A stretch of 32,000 nucleotides of DNA from Nostoc sp. PCC 7120 = FACHB-418 (GTDB lineage Bacteria; Cyanobacteriota; Cyanobacteriia; Cyanobacteriales; Nostocaceae), in the NCBI RefSeq assembly GCF_000009705.1, contig NC_003272.1:780001-812000 (forward strand). The letters run 5' to 3'. Made by a program: the position numbers and the translations under genes. The notes beneath the pieces are model-generated. The model saw nothing but the letters and a program-made list of their open reading frames with translations, was not told the DNA's origin and made no database searches. Each line of letters begins with the position of its first letter. The stretch's first letter is position 1. Below, in pieces: positions 16,518 through 24,889 of this stretch.

Positions 16518-16604
16518 TGTTAGTTGTCAGTTGTCAGTTGTCAGTTGTTAGTTGTTAGTTGTTAGTTGTTAGTTGCCAGTTGTCAGTTATCAGTTGTTAG
16601 TTGT
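16518..16604. repeat. STRR array, about 12 heptamers (TTGTCAG/TTGTTAG), directly upstream of hupS start
   Basis: Tandem 7-mers are visible from 16518. They are followed at 16611-16626 by the complementary cactgactactgacaa. Confidence 0.9.
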
Positions 16605-16998
16605 TTTGCCACTGACTACTGACAAAACTCTATCCTCTTGTGAGTGGAGTTTTATCAGGTGTGATGCAGGTGTTGACGCTTGTAGAGGTTCACCTGTTTA
16701 TAAAGGTTTACTTTTCAGAATACAGTATTTTTTATCTGATTGAATATCATTAAATGAATTTAATTTTTGAGAATCGTTAAATCAAAATTATATTTGTTTT
16801 AATAGTAGTTTTTTAGACAGATTTTAATTGATAAATCTGCGGTTTTTATAACTCGATTTTTAGGCAAAAATACTGGGTTATTAGATGAGCTAATTTGATT
16901 GACAATCACACTCTAGAATTTATATATGTGGTGTTTTATATTTAAAAGTTAATGAGGCTTTTTCTATACTGCCAGTCAAGAGAGGAACGTAATAGCGA

Positions 16999-17265
16999 AT
17001 GAATGAATTTTTTAGTAACTCTCATCTTCGTGAATTTCTGATCAATATGGTAACAAGTGATGTCACTTTCATCACGGGATTGTTTTGGTTAGTTGTAGCC
17101 ACGCTTATATCAATGATTGGCGGCGCTATTGGTGGGATGGTATTGGCTGGGAAAGATATTGGCTATGGTTTTTCAGCCACAATTGGAGCATTGTTTGCGC
17201 CGGCGGGGGTAATTCCTGCTATTGTTTTGGGTCTGGGTTTACTAAGTTTCTTGAGTAATTATTAG
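16999..17265 (+). CDS. Small hydrophobic protein (first ORF of the conserved cluster upstream of hypF)
   Basis: 88 aa with two Gly-rich TM helices (LFWLVVATLISMIGGAIGGMVLAG, GALFAPAGVIPAIVLGLGLL). It is followed 8 nt later by the next ORF, with GGAGG before that start. Confidence 0.6.
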   Translation: MNEFFSNSHLREFLINMVTSDVTFITGLFWLVVATLISMIGGAIGGMVLAGKDIGYGFSATIGALFAPAGVIPAIVLGLGLLSFLSNY

Positions 17266-17273
17266 GAGGTAAT

Positions 17274-17498
17274 ATGTTGGAATTAGGTTGGTTGTCGGCG
17301 AGGTTATTTTTGAAGGGTAAGCTACTACGTGACCCGATATATTTTATGAGGCAAACTCTGATAGGTAGTACTATCGGTTTGTTAGTGCTAGTGTTACTTG
17401 CTCAGGCGGAAATTCCTTTTTGTTTGCCAGTAACTATCTCTAGTTTAACTACAGGTATAATCATGCCATTTCTTCTCAAAGATTTCAAAATGAAGTGA
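17274..17498 (+). CDS. Small hydrophobic protein (second ORF of the cluster)
   Basis: 74 aa with two hydrophobic segments, tightly spaced behind 16999-17265. Confidence 0.55.
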   Translation: MLELGWLSARLFLKGKLLRDPIYFMRQTLIGSTIGLLVLVLLAQAEIPFCLPVTISSLTTGIIMPFLLKDFKMK

Positions 17499-17590
17499 TT
17501 TGTTGTTTACTTGTCAAAGTAGGTTTGATTGTCAGCTTAGTATTGATTAATCACCAAACTGAAAAATAGAAACTGTTGCCTAGAGATTAG

Positions 17591-17623
17591 GGGCTGAAAA
17601 ATATTGATTTTTCATCCCTTTTT
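17591..17623 (+). terminator. Intrinsic-terminator-like hairpin with T-tract
   Basis: GGGCTGAAAAAT-attg-ATTTTTCATCCC (11 of 12 bp pair) is followed by TTTTT. It lies about 90 nt downstream of the 17274-17498 stop. Confidence 0.5.
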
Positions 17624-17711
17624 GTCTGCAAACAAGCTGTATATTTACCTGAAAAATGGTGATATTTCCTGAAAGAAAATCCTAGTTTTACTACCTCACA
17701 ATTGACTTTAA

Positions 17712-18701
17712 ATGACACCCAGCATTACAGATTCAACAGTAAAAGCTGCATTGGCCGCCATTGCATCGGAGTCAGCGACAACTGAAGAGAAAATTCAGAT
17801 GTTGATTGAATTGGCACAAGGTTTGCAGAAAAAACCTAAAACGCCTGGGGATTTATGGAATGCTGTTGAGTTATATCAGCAAGCAATTAAAATGTGCGGT
17901 GGGGATTATTCTTTATGGAAAGCCCGTTCTCAGGCGGGAATGGCTGGGGCGTTGAAGTCAATTCCTGATGTGGGGGCGGAATTGCTGCTACAAGCTAAAG
18001 CTGGTTATGAGGAAGCGTTACCAGTTCTGCGACAGTTGGCTGCGGCGGTGGAAGTTGCAGAAGCCCAGATGAATTTCGGGTTGGTGTTGCAGTCTTTAGT
18101 GCCTTTTAATTTGGCGAGGATAACCGATAGTATTGCTGCTTATCAGGAGGCGATGGGGGTATTTACAAGTCAGGATTATCCTCAAGAATACGCGATTTTG
18201 GCGAATAATGTTGCGATCGCCTACCTTTCTATGTCGGGGGGTGGAGAACAGCAAAATCTCTATGCAGGTTTGGCTGTACAGACCTTTGAGTCAGCACTCA
18301 AGCAAATTAACTTGATTGACCACCCCAGGGAATATGCCATGTTGCAAAATAACTTGGGTAATGCTTTGCAATATTTACCCAGTTCTCATCCTGTGGAAAA
18401 TAATTTACGGGCGATCGCAGCCTATAATGAAGCATTAAAGGTACGTACTTGTCAAGGTACGCCTGTGGAGTATGCAAACACGATTGCCAACAAGGCTAAT
18501 GCTTTATTTAATTTACCTGATGACCCGGAAAAGCCAGAGTTAGGTAATTCCCAAAATCTTTTACAAGCCCGTGCTTATTATCAAGAGGCTTGGGAAATAT
18601 TTAGTCAATGTCAGCAAATGGAACAGGCGGAGGCGGTAGCCCAGGCGTTGCATGAAGTAGCAGCAGAAATTAGGATAAGCATGAGTAATGGCGACAAATA
18701 A
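17712..18701 (+). CDS. TPR-like repeat protein (hydrogenase-cluster associated)
   Basis: 329 aa with repeated about 40-aa units of the form A-x-x-Y-x-EA(L/M)...P-x-EYA-x-x-x-NN(L/V)-x-x-A(Y/L), for example AAYQEAMGVFTSQDYPQEYAILANNVAIAYL and AAYNEALKVRT...EYANTIANKANALFNL. Confidence 0.7.
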   Translation: MTPSITDSTVKAALAAIASESATTEEKIQMLIELAQGLQKKPKTPGDLWNAVELYQQAIKMCGGDYSLWKARSQAGMAGALKSIPDVGAELLLQAKAGYEEALPVLRQLAAAVEVAEAQMNFGLVLQSLVPFNLARITDSIAAYQEAMGVFTSQDYPQEYAILANNVAIAYLSMSGGGEQQNLYAGLAVQTFESALKQINLIDHPREYAMLQNNLGNALQYLPSSHPVENNLRAIAAYNEALKVRTCQGTPVEYANTIANKANALFNLPDDPEKPELGNSQNLLQARAYYQEAWEIFSQCQQMEQAEAVAQALHEVAAEIRISMSNGDK

Positions 18702-18760
18702 ACCATTTGTAGAGACGCGATTCATCGCGTCTTCTTCACCCAAAGATATGTTGCTAACAA

Positions 18761-19237
18761 ATGACAAATTTAGAAGATTTGGTGACGGAAATTAGCCGCT
18801 ATGAGGCGATTATCTCACAGTGGGATGAAACTCAGCGCGGGGTGGTGGTTGGGTTGAAAAGGGCGATTGAGGATTTACATCAGGAAGCTTTGAAGCGGTT
18901 GATTAAGAGTGTGAAACAGGAATGTTTGCCAGCTTTACAAAATGCGGTGCAGGATGAGGTGGTTTACGGAGTTCTACTTTATCATGGGTTGGTGAAACAG
19001 CCCCAACCGCCGCTTTTACAACGTGTGCAAGCTGCTTTGGAAGAGGTGCGTCCAGGGTTGAAAGACCATCATGGGGATGTGGAGTTAGTGGCGATTAAAC
19101 CACCGGATACGGTAGAGGTGAGGTTTATCGGGACTTGTAGTAGTTGTCCGGCTTCTACTTTGACGTTATCCCAAGGGGTGGAACAGGCGATTAAGGCGCT
19201 GTGTCCAGAAATTGTGACGGTGATTGCGGTGAAGTAA
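18761..19237 (+). CDS. NifU C-terminal-domain (Nfu-like) protein
   Basis: The C-terminal block HHGDVELVAI...VEVRFIGTCSSCPASTLTLSQGVEQAIK carries the CxxC Nfu/NifU C-terminal signature. Confidence 0.75.
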   Translation: MTNLEDLVTEISRYEAIISQWDETQRGVVVGLKRAIEDLHQEALKRLIKSVKQECLPALQNAVQDEVVYGVLLYHGLVKQPQPPLLQRVQAALEEVRPGLKDHHGDVELVAIKPPDTVEVRFIGTCSSCPASTLTLSQGVEQAIKALCPEIVTVIAVK

Positions 19238-20436
19238 AAAAATTAACAAATTACTATAAGACTTTGCAACCAGAATTAACAAAAACTCCTGCAAATTTCC
19301 CCCTTTCACCTCTAGGCGCGGTAGTAATTTTAGGTGATATTCCCAATCCAGAATTATTAGCGATTCCCTTAGCGCCTACTCCCAGCACAATGTTCGGCCC
19401 CCGTGGTGCTTGTTTGGTGGCGGAAACAGGGGCGTTATGGGTGTCAGATACGGGACATCATCGGTTGTTGGGTTGGCGTAAGTTACCTACAACAGATAGT
19501 CAACCGGCTGACTGGGTAATTGGACAACCAGATTTTTATCATGAGGGACAGAATGCTAAGGGTACGCCGGGTAGGACTACGGTGAGTGTACCGACGGGGA
19601 TTTGTGTCTGTGGTGGAGGTTTGGCAATTGCTGATGCTTGGAATCACCGGGTTTTAATTTGGCACAAGATACCGGAAGATAGCAATGTGCCGGCGGATTT
19701 GGTGTTGGGACAAAGGAATTTTTCGGAGAATGAACCAAATCGGGGTAAGCAATCACCAGATGCAAATACTATGCACTGGCCTTATGGGGTTGCATATCAT
19801 CAGGGAAAATTATTTGTGGCTGACACTGGTAATCGTCGGTTGTTGATTTGGCAGCAGTTACCAACAGAAAATGGACAACCGGCTGATATAGTTTTGGGAC
19901 AGCCAGATATGATATCTCGGAATGAGAATGGTGGCGGTTCCCCCACGGCTGGGAGTATGCGCTGGTGTCATGATATTGCTTTTTGGGATGATAATTTAGT
20001 TGTCACCGATGCGGGTAATAATCGGGTGATGATTTGGCAGGGGATACCTACGGAAAATAATGCGCCTTGTGCGGTGGTGTTGGGGCAGAAAAGTTTTGAT
20101 TTAGTGGAGATGAACCAAGGGGTTTATTTTCCCAGTGCTGGTAGTTTGAGTATGCCTTATGGGGTGGGGGCGACTGAGGATTGGTTAATGGTGGCGGATA
20201 CTGCTAATTCTCGGTTGTTAGGATGGAGGAAACGAGAGTCAATATTATTATTGCAGGGTGCGATCGCTGATGGCATCATCGGCCAAAATTCTTTTCAAAG
20301 CAAAAGTGAAAATCGGCATTTTGGTTTACCTACAAGGGATAGTTTGAATTGGTGTTATGGGGTGAAGGTTTGCGGTAGTACGGCGGTAATATCTGATTCT
20401 GGGAATAATCGGGTTTTGTTGTGGCGCTTTTTGTAA
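19201..20436 (+). CDS. NHL-repeat beta-propeller protein
   Basis: Six repeats of D-(T/A/S)-(G/W/A)-N-x-R-(V/L)-(L/M)-x-W are present (DTGHHRLLGW, DAWNHRVLIW, DTGNRRLLIW, DAGNNRVMIW, DTANSRLLGW, DSGNNRVLLW). The start is uncertain: GTG at 19201 overlaps the upstream gene, and TTG at 19264 is an alternative. Confidence 0.75.
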   Translation: MSRNCDGDCGEVKKLTNYYKTLQPELTKTPANFPLSPLGAVVILGDIPNPELLAIPLAPTPSTMFGPRGACLVAETGALWVSDTGHHRLLGWRKLPTTDSQPADWVIGQPDFYHEGQNAKGTPGRTTVSVPTGICVCGGGLAIADAWNHRVLIWHKIPEDSNVPADLVLGQRNFSENEPNRGKQSPDANTMHWPYGVAYHQGKLFVADTGNRRLLIWQQLPTENGQPADIVLGQPDMISRNENGGGSPTAGSMRWCHDIAFWDDNLVVTDAGNNRVMIWQGIPTENNAPCAVVLGQKSFDLVEMNQGVYFPSAGSLSMPYGVGATEDWLMVADTANSRLLGWRKRESILLLQGAIADGIIGQNSFQSKSENRHFGLPTRDSLNWCYGVKVCGSTAVISDSGNNRVLLWRFL

Positions 20437-20488
20437 CGCAGCGAAAAGTTCTGAAGGAGGGTTTCCCTCCGTAGGAAACTTTTCAAGA

Positions 20489-20527
20489 CAGAGGGGCGCT
20501 GAGGTAGGCGCGGAGGGGCGCGGAGAG
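20489..20527. repeat. GC-rich dispersed repeat, inverted partner of 4391-4429
   Basis: cagaggggcgctgaggtaggcgcggaggggcgcggagag lies directly upstream of the hypF ATG. It is preceded by the long hairpin gaaaagtt-ctgaa-ggaggg-ttt-ccctcc-gtagg-aaacttttc (about 20446-20486). Confidence 0.7.
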
Positions 20528-20535
20528 GAGTTTTT

Positions 20536-22893
20536 ATGGCGACTGAGGAAATTCGAGTGCGGGGAACTGTGCAGGGAGTGGGGTTTCGTCCCACTGTGTA
20601 TCGTCTGGCGAAAGCTTGCGGGTTGCGGGGGGATGTTTGTAATGATGGGGAAGGGGTGTTAATTCGGGTATGTGGTGATGAAGGGGCTTTGACGGAGTTT
20701 GTCGCTAGATTGCAGCAGGAATGTCCACCACTGGCGAAAATTAATGAACTCATCAGGACACCATATCAAGGTGAGTTAAACTTCCATGATTTTGTCATTT
20801 CTCATAGTGTTAGTGGCGTGGTAAGAACGGAAATTACTCCTGATGCGGCTACTTGTCCGGAATGTCAGCGAGAAATTTTTGACCCCTTTAGCCGTTTTTA
20901 CCGTTATCCCTTTACTAACTGTACTCATTGCGGCCCCCGGTTGAGTATTATTCGCGCCATTCCTTATGACAGATGTAATACCAGTATGTCTGCGTTTGTC
21001 ATGTGTCCCGAATGTGAGGACTCATACCACGATGTGGAAAATCGCCGCTTTCACGCCCAACCTGTAGCCTGTCACACCTGCGGCCCCAAGGCTTGGCTAG
21101 AAAGGGCTGATGGTAAACCTGTGACGGCTTCTATGTTTTCTATGTTGGATGATGTGGATGCTGTTTGTACTTTGTTACAGAAGGGTGAAATTGTTGCTAT
21201 TAAGGGAATTGGTGGTTTTCATTTAGCTTGTGATGCAACGCAAGAAGCGGCTGTGGAGAAATTGCGTCAACGTAAGCGAAGATATGATAAGCCTTTTGCT
21301 TTGATGGCACGGGATATTAATGTTATTGAAAAATATTGCTTTGTTAATGATAGGGAACGGGAGTTATTAGTTAGTCCTGCTGCACCAATTGTTTTGTTAG
21401 AAAAAAGGACAGAGGAAATAAGTTCTTTCCCTATCGCTTCCACTGTCGCACCTGGGCAAAATACCCTCGGTTTCATGCTACCTTATACGCCTTTGCATCA
21501 TTTGATTCTCAAGCGGATGAATCGCCCGATTGTTTTGACAAGTGGCAATATTGCTGATGAACCACAATGTGTTGCTAATGATGAAGCAAAAGAAAAATTA
21601 AGTCATATAGCTGATTATTTTCTTTTACATAATCGGGAGATTGTGAATAGAGTTGATGATTCAGTTGTGCGGGTGATTGATAATAAAATTCAAATCATGC
21701 GTCGTGCTAGGGGCTATGCGCCAGCACCGATAAAATTACCACCAGGATTTGATAATATTCCCCAAATTCTAGCGATGGGTAGTGAGTTAAAAAATACCTT
21801 TTGTTTATTGAGGGAAGGCGAGGCAATTCTATCTCAACATTTGGGTGATTTAGAAAATGCTTTGGCGTTTGATTGTTATCAAGATACATTGAATTTATAT
21901 CTAAATTTATTTCAACATCAACCAGAAGTAATTGCGGTTGATTTACATCCTGAATATCTCTCAACAAAACTTGGTAAAGAATTAGCCACAGCTAACCAAA
22001 TTCAACTGCAATTTATTCAACATCATCATGCCCATATTGCTGCTTGTATGGCAGAAAATGGTATTCCTTTAGATTCGTCACCAGTTTTAGGTATTGCTTT
22101 TGACGGATTGGGTTATGGTACAGATGGTAAACTTTGGGGGGGAGAATTTCTTTTAGCTGATTATACTCAATTTCAACGCCTGGCTACATTTAAACCAGTG
22201 GCAATGATTGGTGGCAAACAAGCAATTTATCAGCCTTGGCGTAATACATACTCTCATTTACTAAGTGCCAATATTTGGGATGATTGCCAACAAAATTACA
22301 ATAATTGGGAAATTATTAAATTTTTACAACAACAGCCGATAAATCTCCTCAATCAACTTGTAGAAAAAGGTATTAATACTCCTTTAGCTTCTTCTGTAGG
22401 AAGGCTATTTGATGCTGTGGCTGGGGCTATCGGCATTTGTTCAGAAAAATGTAGCTATGAAGGACAAGCAGCGATCGCACTAGAAGCTATAGCCGACATT
22501 CACACATTAAATAATCCTAAAGAAACAGCAATTTATCCCTTTAAGTTTACCTTTTCCGATAATATTTATTGTATAGACTCATGCCTCATGTGGCCATTAT
22601 TGCTTGATGACTTACAGCAGCATACTCCTCAATCAGTTATCGCTGCCAAATTTCATTTAAGTTTATCTAATGTCATTGTGGAGACAGTCAAGTATCTCGG
22701 TCAACAAAACTTATTTAATCAAGTCGCCTTAACAGGAGGAGTTTTTCAAAATAGTATCTTATTACAACTAGTCACTAAGCAGTTACAAAATTTAGGAATC
22801 AAGGTACTCGCCCATAGTGTAGTTCCTACAAACGACGGTGGTTTATCACTAGGTCAAGCAATAATTACGGCCGCAAGATTAATTAAACAATAG
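20536..22893 (+). CDS. hypF: [NiFe]-hydrogenase maturation carbamoyltransferase HypF
   Basis: 785 aa. It has an N-terminal acylphosphatase-like motif (VRGTVQGVGFRPTVYRLA), two CxxC-x18-CxxC zinc-finger pairs (CPECQ...CTHCGPR and CPECE...CHTCGP), a YrdC-like region and a Kae1-like C-terminal region. Confidence 0.95.
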   Translation: MATEEIRVRGTVQGVGFRPTVYRLAKACGLRGDVCNDGEGVLIRVCGDEGALTEFVARLQQECPPLAKINELIRTPYQGELNFHDFVISHSVSGVVRTEITPDAATCPECQREIFDPFSRFYRYPFTNCTHCGPRLSIIRAIPYDRCNTSMSAFVMCPECEDSYHDVENRRFHAQPVACHTCGPKAWLERADGKPVTASMFSMLDDVDAVCTLLQKGEIVAIKGIGGFHLACDATQEAAVEKLRQRKRRYDKPFALMARDINVIEKYCFVNDRERELLVSPAAPIVLLEKRTEEISSFPIASTVAPGQNTLGFMLPYTPLHHLILKRMNRPIVLTSGNIADEPQCVANDEAKEKLSHIADYFLLHNREIVNRVDDSVVRVIDNKIQIMRRARGYAPAPIKLPPGFDNIPQILAMGSELKNTFCLLREGEAILSQHLGDLENALAFDCYQDTLNLYLNLFQHQPEVIAVDLHPEYLSTKLGKELATANQIQLQFIQHHHAHIAACMAENGIPLDSSPVLGIAFDGLGYGTDGKLWGGEFLLADYTQFQRLATFKPVAMIGGKQAIYQPWRNTYSHLLSANIWDDCQQNYNNWEIIKFLQQQPINLLNQLVEKGINTPLASSVGRLFDAVAGAIGICSEKCSYEGQAAIALEAIADIHTLNNPKETAIYPFKFTFSDNIYCIDSCLMWPLLLDDLQQHTPQSVIAAKFHLSLSNVIVETVKYLGQQNLFNQVALTGGVFQNSILLQLVTKQLQNLGIKVLAHSVVPTNDGGLSLGQAIITAARLIKQ

Positions 22894-23005
22894 ATATTCA
22901 ATATTTTTCAGTATCTCTTAAAAACACCTCCCTACGCCTCTGCGTGAAAAAATATTTATTGCGAATTGCGAATTGGTTTTATCTCTCCAATAAGGAACAA
23001 TAAAA

Positions 23006-23254
23006 ATGTGTTTAGGAATCCCCGGACAAATTACCGAAATCACCGACATTAACCACAAACTAGCTATTGTCGATGTGGGTGGAGTAAAACGCCAAGTCAA
23101 TATCGCTTGTATAGTAGACGAACAACATCCCCCAGAAGCGTGTTTAGGAGATTGGGTGTTAGTTCATGTAGGCTTTGCTATGAATAGAATCAACGAACAA
23201 GAAGCAGCCGAAACCCTAAAATTATTACAAGAAATCGCCGCCCTACAAGCATAA
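23006..23254 (+). CDS. hypC: Hydrogenase assembly chaperone HypC
   Basis: 82 aa starting with the canonical MCLGIPGQI. Confidence 0.93.
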   Translation: MCLGIPGQITEITDINHKLAIVDVGGVKRQVNIACIVDEQHPPEACLGDWVLVHVGFAMNRINEQEAAETLKLLQEIAALQA

Positions 23255-23284
23255 ATATTTTCTAATAATTACGAATTAAGAACT

Positions 23285-24436
23285 ATGAAATATGTCGATG
23301 AATTTCGGGAACCAGAAAAAGCTGAAGCCTTACGCCGTGAGATAGAAAAACTCAGCCAGCAATTAGATAAACATATCAAAATTATGGAAGTATGCGGCGG
23401 GCATACTCACTCTATTTTTAAATACGGTATTGAAGAAATCTTACCAGCCAACATAGAACTGATTCACGGGCCTGGTTGTCCAGTTTGTGTTATGCCTAAG
23501 GGGAGATTAGATGATGCGATCGCTATCTCCCAAAATCCCAATGTCATTTTAACAACATTTGGCGACACCATGCGCGTCCCTGGTTCCAAAACCACCTTGC
23601 TGCAAGCCAAAGCCCAAGGCGCAGATATCCGCATGGTTTACTCTCCCCTAGATAGTCTGCAAATTGCCAGAAATCACCCTGATAAAGAAATTGTATTCTT
23701 CGCTTTGGGCTTTGAAACCACAGCCCCCAGCACCGCCCTTACCATCCTCCAAGCTGCTTCGGAAAATATTACTAACTTTAGTATGTTTTCTAATCACGTC
23801 CTCGTAATTCCCGCCTTGCAAGCTTTATTAAATAATCCTGATTTGCAGCTAGATGGCTTTATTGGCCCTGGTCATGTGAGTATGGTAATTGGTACTGAAC
23901 CTTATGAATTTATTGCCCAACAATATCATAAGCCAATTGTTGTTTCCGGTTTTGAACCGTTAGATATTTTCCAATCCATTTGGATGTTGTTACAACAACT
24001 AGTAGAAAATCGCTGTGAAGTAGAAAATCAATATAATAGATTAGTTCAAAAAGGTGGGAATCAAATAGCACTAGCAGCCATGCACAAAGTATTTGCAGTT
24101 CGGGAAAAATTTGCATGGCGTGGCTTAGATGAAATCCCGGATTCTGGGTTAAAAATTAGAGAAGAATATGCCCAATTTGATGCAGAATTAAAATTTACTA
24201 TTCCTAACCTAAAAGTAGCCGACCATAAAGCCTGTAAGTGCGGCGAAATTCTTAAAGGAGTCCTCAAACCTTGGCAGTGTAAAGTATTTGGTACAGCTTG
24301 CACACCAGAAACACCAATAGGTACTTGCATGGTGTCCTCAGAAGGAGCTTGTGCAGCATACTATAAATATGGCAGATTTTCGACAACGTTGCAAAAACAA
24401 GCAGCCGAAAAGCCAAAAGTGACTATCTCGTCATAA
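23285..24436 (+). CDS. hypD: Hydrogenase maturation factor HypD
   Basis: 383 aa with the CGGHTH, GPGCPVCV and FETT motifs and a Cys-rich C-terminal part. Confidence 0.95.
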   Translation: MKYVDEFREPEKAEALRREIEKLSQQLDKHIKIMEVCGGHTHSIFKYGIEEILPANIELIHGPGCPVCVMPKGRLDDAIAISQNPNVILTTFGDTMRVPGSKTTLLQAKAQGADIRMVYSPLDSLQIARNHPDKEIVFFALGFETTAPSTALTILQAASENITNFSMFSNHVLVIPALQALLNNPDLQLDGFIGPGHVSMVIGTEPYEFIAQQYHKPIVVSGFEPLDIFQSIWMLLQQLVENRCEVENQYNRLVQKGGNQIALAAMHKVFAVREKFAWRGLDEIPDSGLKIREEYAQFDAELKFTIPNLKVADHKACKCGEILKGVLKPWQCKVFGTACTPETPIGTCMVSSEGACAAYYKYGRFSTTLQKQAAEKPKVTISS

Positions 24437-24489
24437 CCTCCAAAAAAGCAGCAACACACTCCACACAACAACACTGCGAGGATATTTAT

Positions 24490-24705
24490 ATGCCATTTGT
24501 CACCGTTAAAATTGCCAGAGGACACTCCATCGAAAAAAAACGGCATTTAGTAGAAGCTATTACTAACGCTTTAGTAACTGCTTTAGATACTAAACCGGAA
24601 TGGATAACTATTCACATTGATGAATTTGAACGCGAAAATTGGGCTGTGAATGGTATTTTGCATTGTGATAGGCATCGGGGAAGACACGATGAAACAGGTA
24701 GATAA
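24490..24705 (+). CDS. 4-oxalocrotonate tautomerase-family protein embedded in the hyp cluster
   Basis: 71 aa starting MPFVTVKIARG (catalytic Pro1 context), with the beta-alpha-beta tautomerase pattern ...KKRHLVEAITNALVTAL... Confidence 0.75.
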   Translation: MPFVTVKIARGHSIEKKRHLVEAITNALVTALDTKPEWITIHIDEFERENWAVNGILHCDRHRGRHDETGR

Positions 24706-24725
24706 AATTGCTAAATAAATAGTAG

Positions 24726-24791
24726 GGTGTGTTAGGCGCATATTTCGATATGATTTATCACTAAAAAGATAAATTAAGTGCCTAACACACC
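24726..24791. repeat. Perfect 12-bp inverted repeat (GGTGTGTTAGGC / GCCTAACACACC) with 42-nt loop
   Basis: The arms lie at 24726-24737 and 24780-24791. A third partial arm (ttaacacacccc) lies at about 24823-24834. It sits between the tautomerase gene and hypE. Confidence 0.8.
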
Positions 24792-24889
24792 GCTAAATAA
24801 TATAGTATGTTGGGCTAACGACTTAACACACCCCACTTAAAATTTACTTGATAAACACTTTTTTAATTACCAACTACGAATTATAAAAA

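Noticed and set aside
16499-16998. NtcA box (GTA-N8-TAC) upstream of hupS, and likewise upstream of xisC (5538-5652)
   Set aside because: I scanned by eye and found only off-spacing candidates (e.g. GT-N12-AC in tgtttataaaggtttac, and GTTAC-N3-GTAAC near xisC). None fits the consensus, so no NtcA site is claimed.
18712-18732. Palindrome AGACGCGAT-tc-ATCGCGTCT after the TPR-like gene as a terminator
   Set aside because: There is no T-tract, and the sequence looks like a common small Nostoc palindromic repeat (gtagagacgcgattcatcgcgtct). I noted it but did not call it a terminator.
20355-20753. 132-aa minus-strand ORF spanning the NHL-gene end, the GC-rich repeat and the hypF start
   Set aside because: It is antisense to two well-supported genes, and its Pro/Arg/Ser-rich composition is driven by the GC-rich repeat. 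No start context is present.
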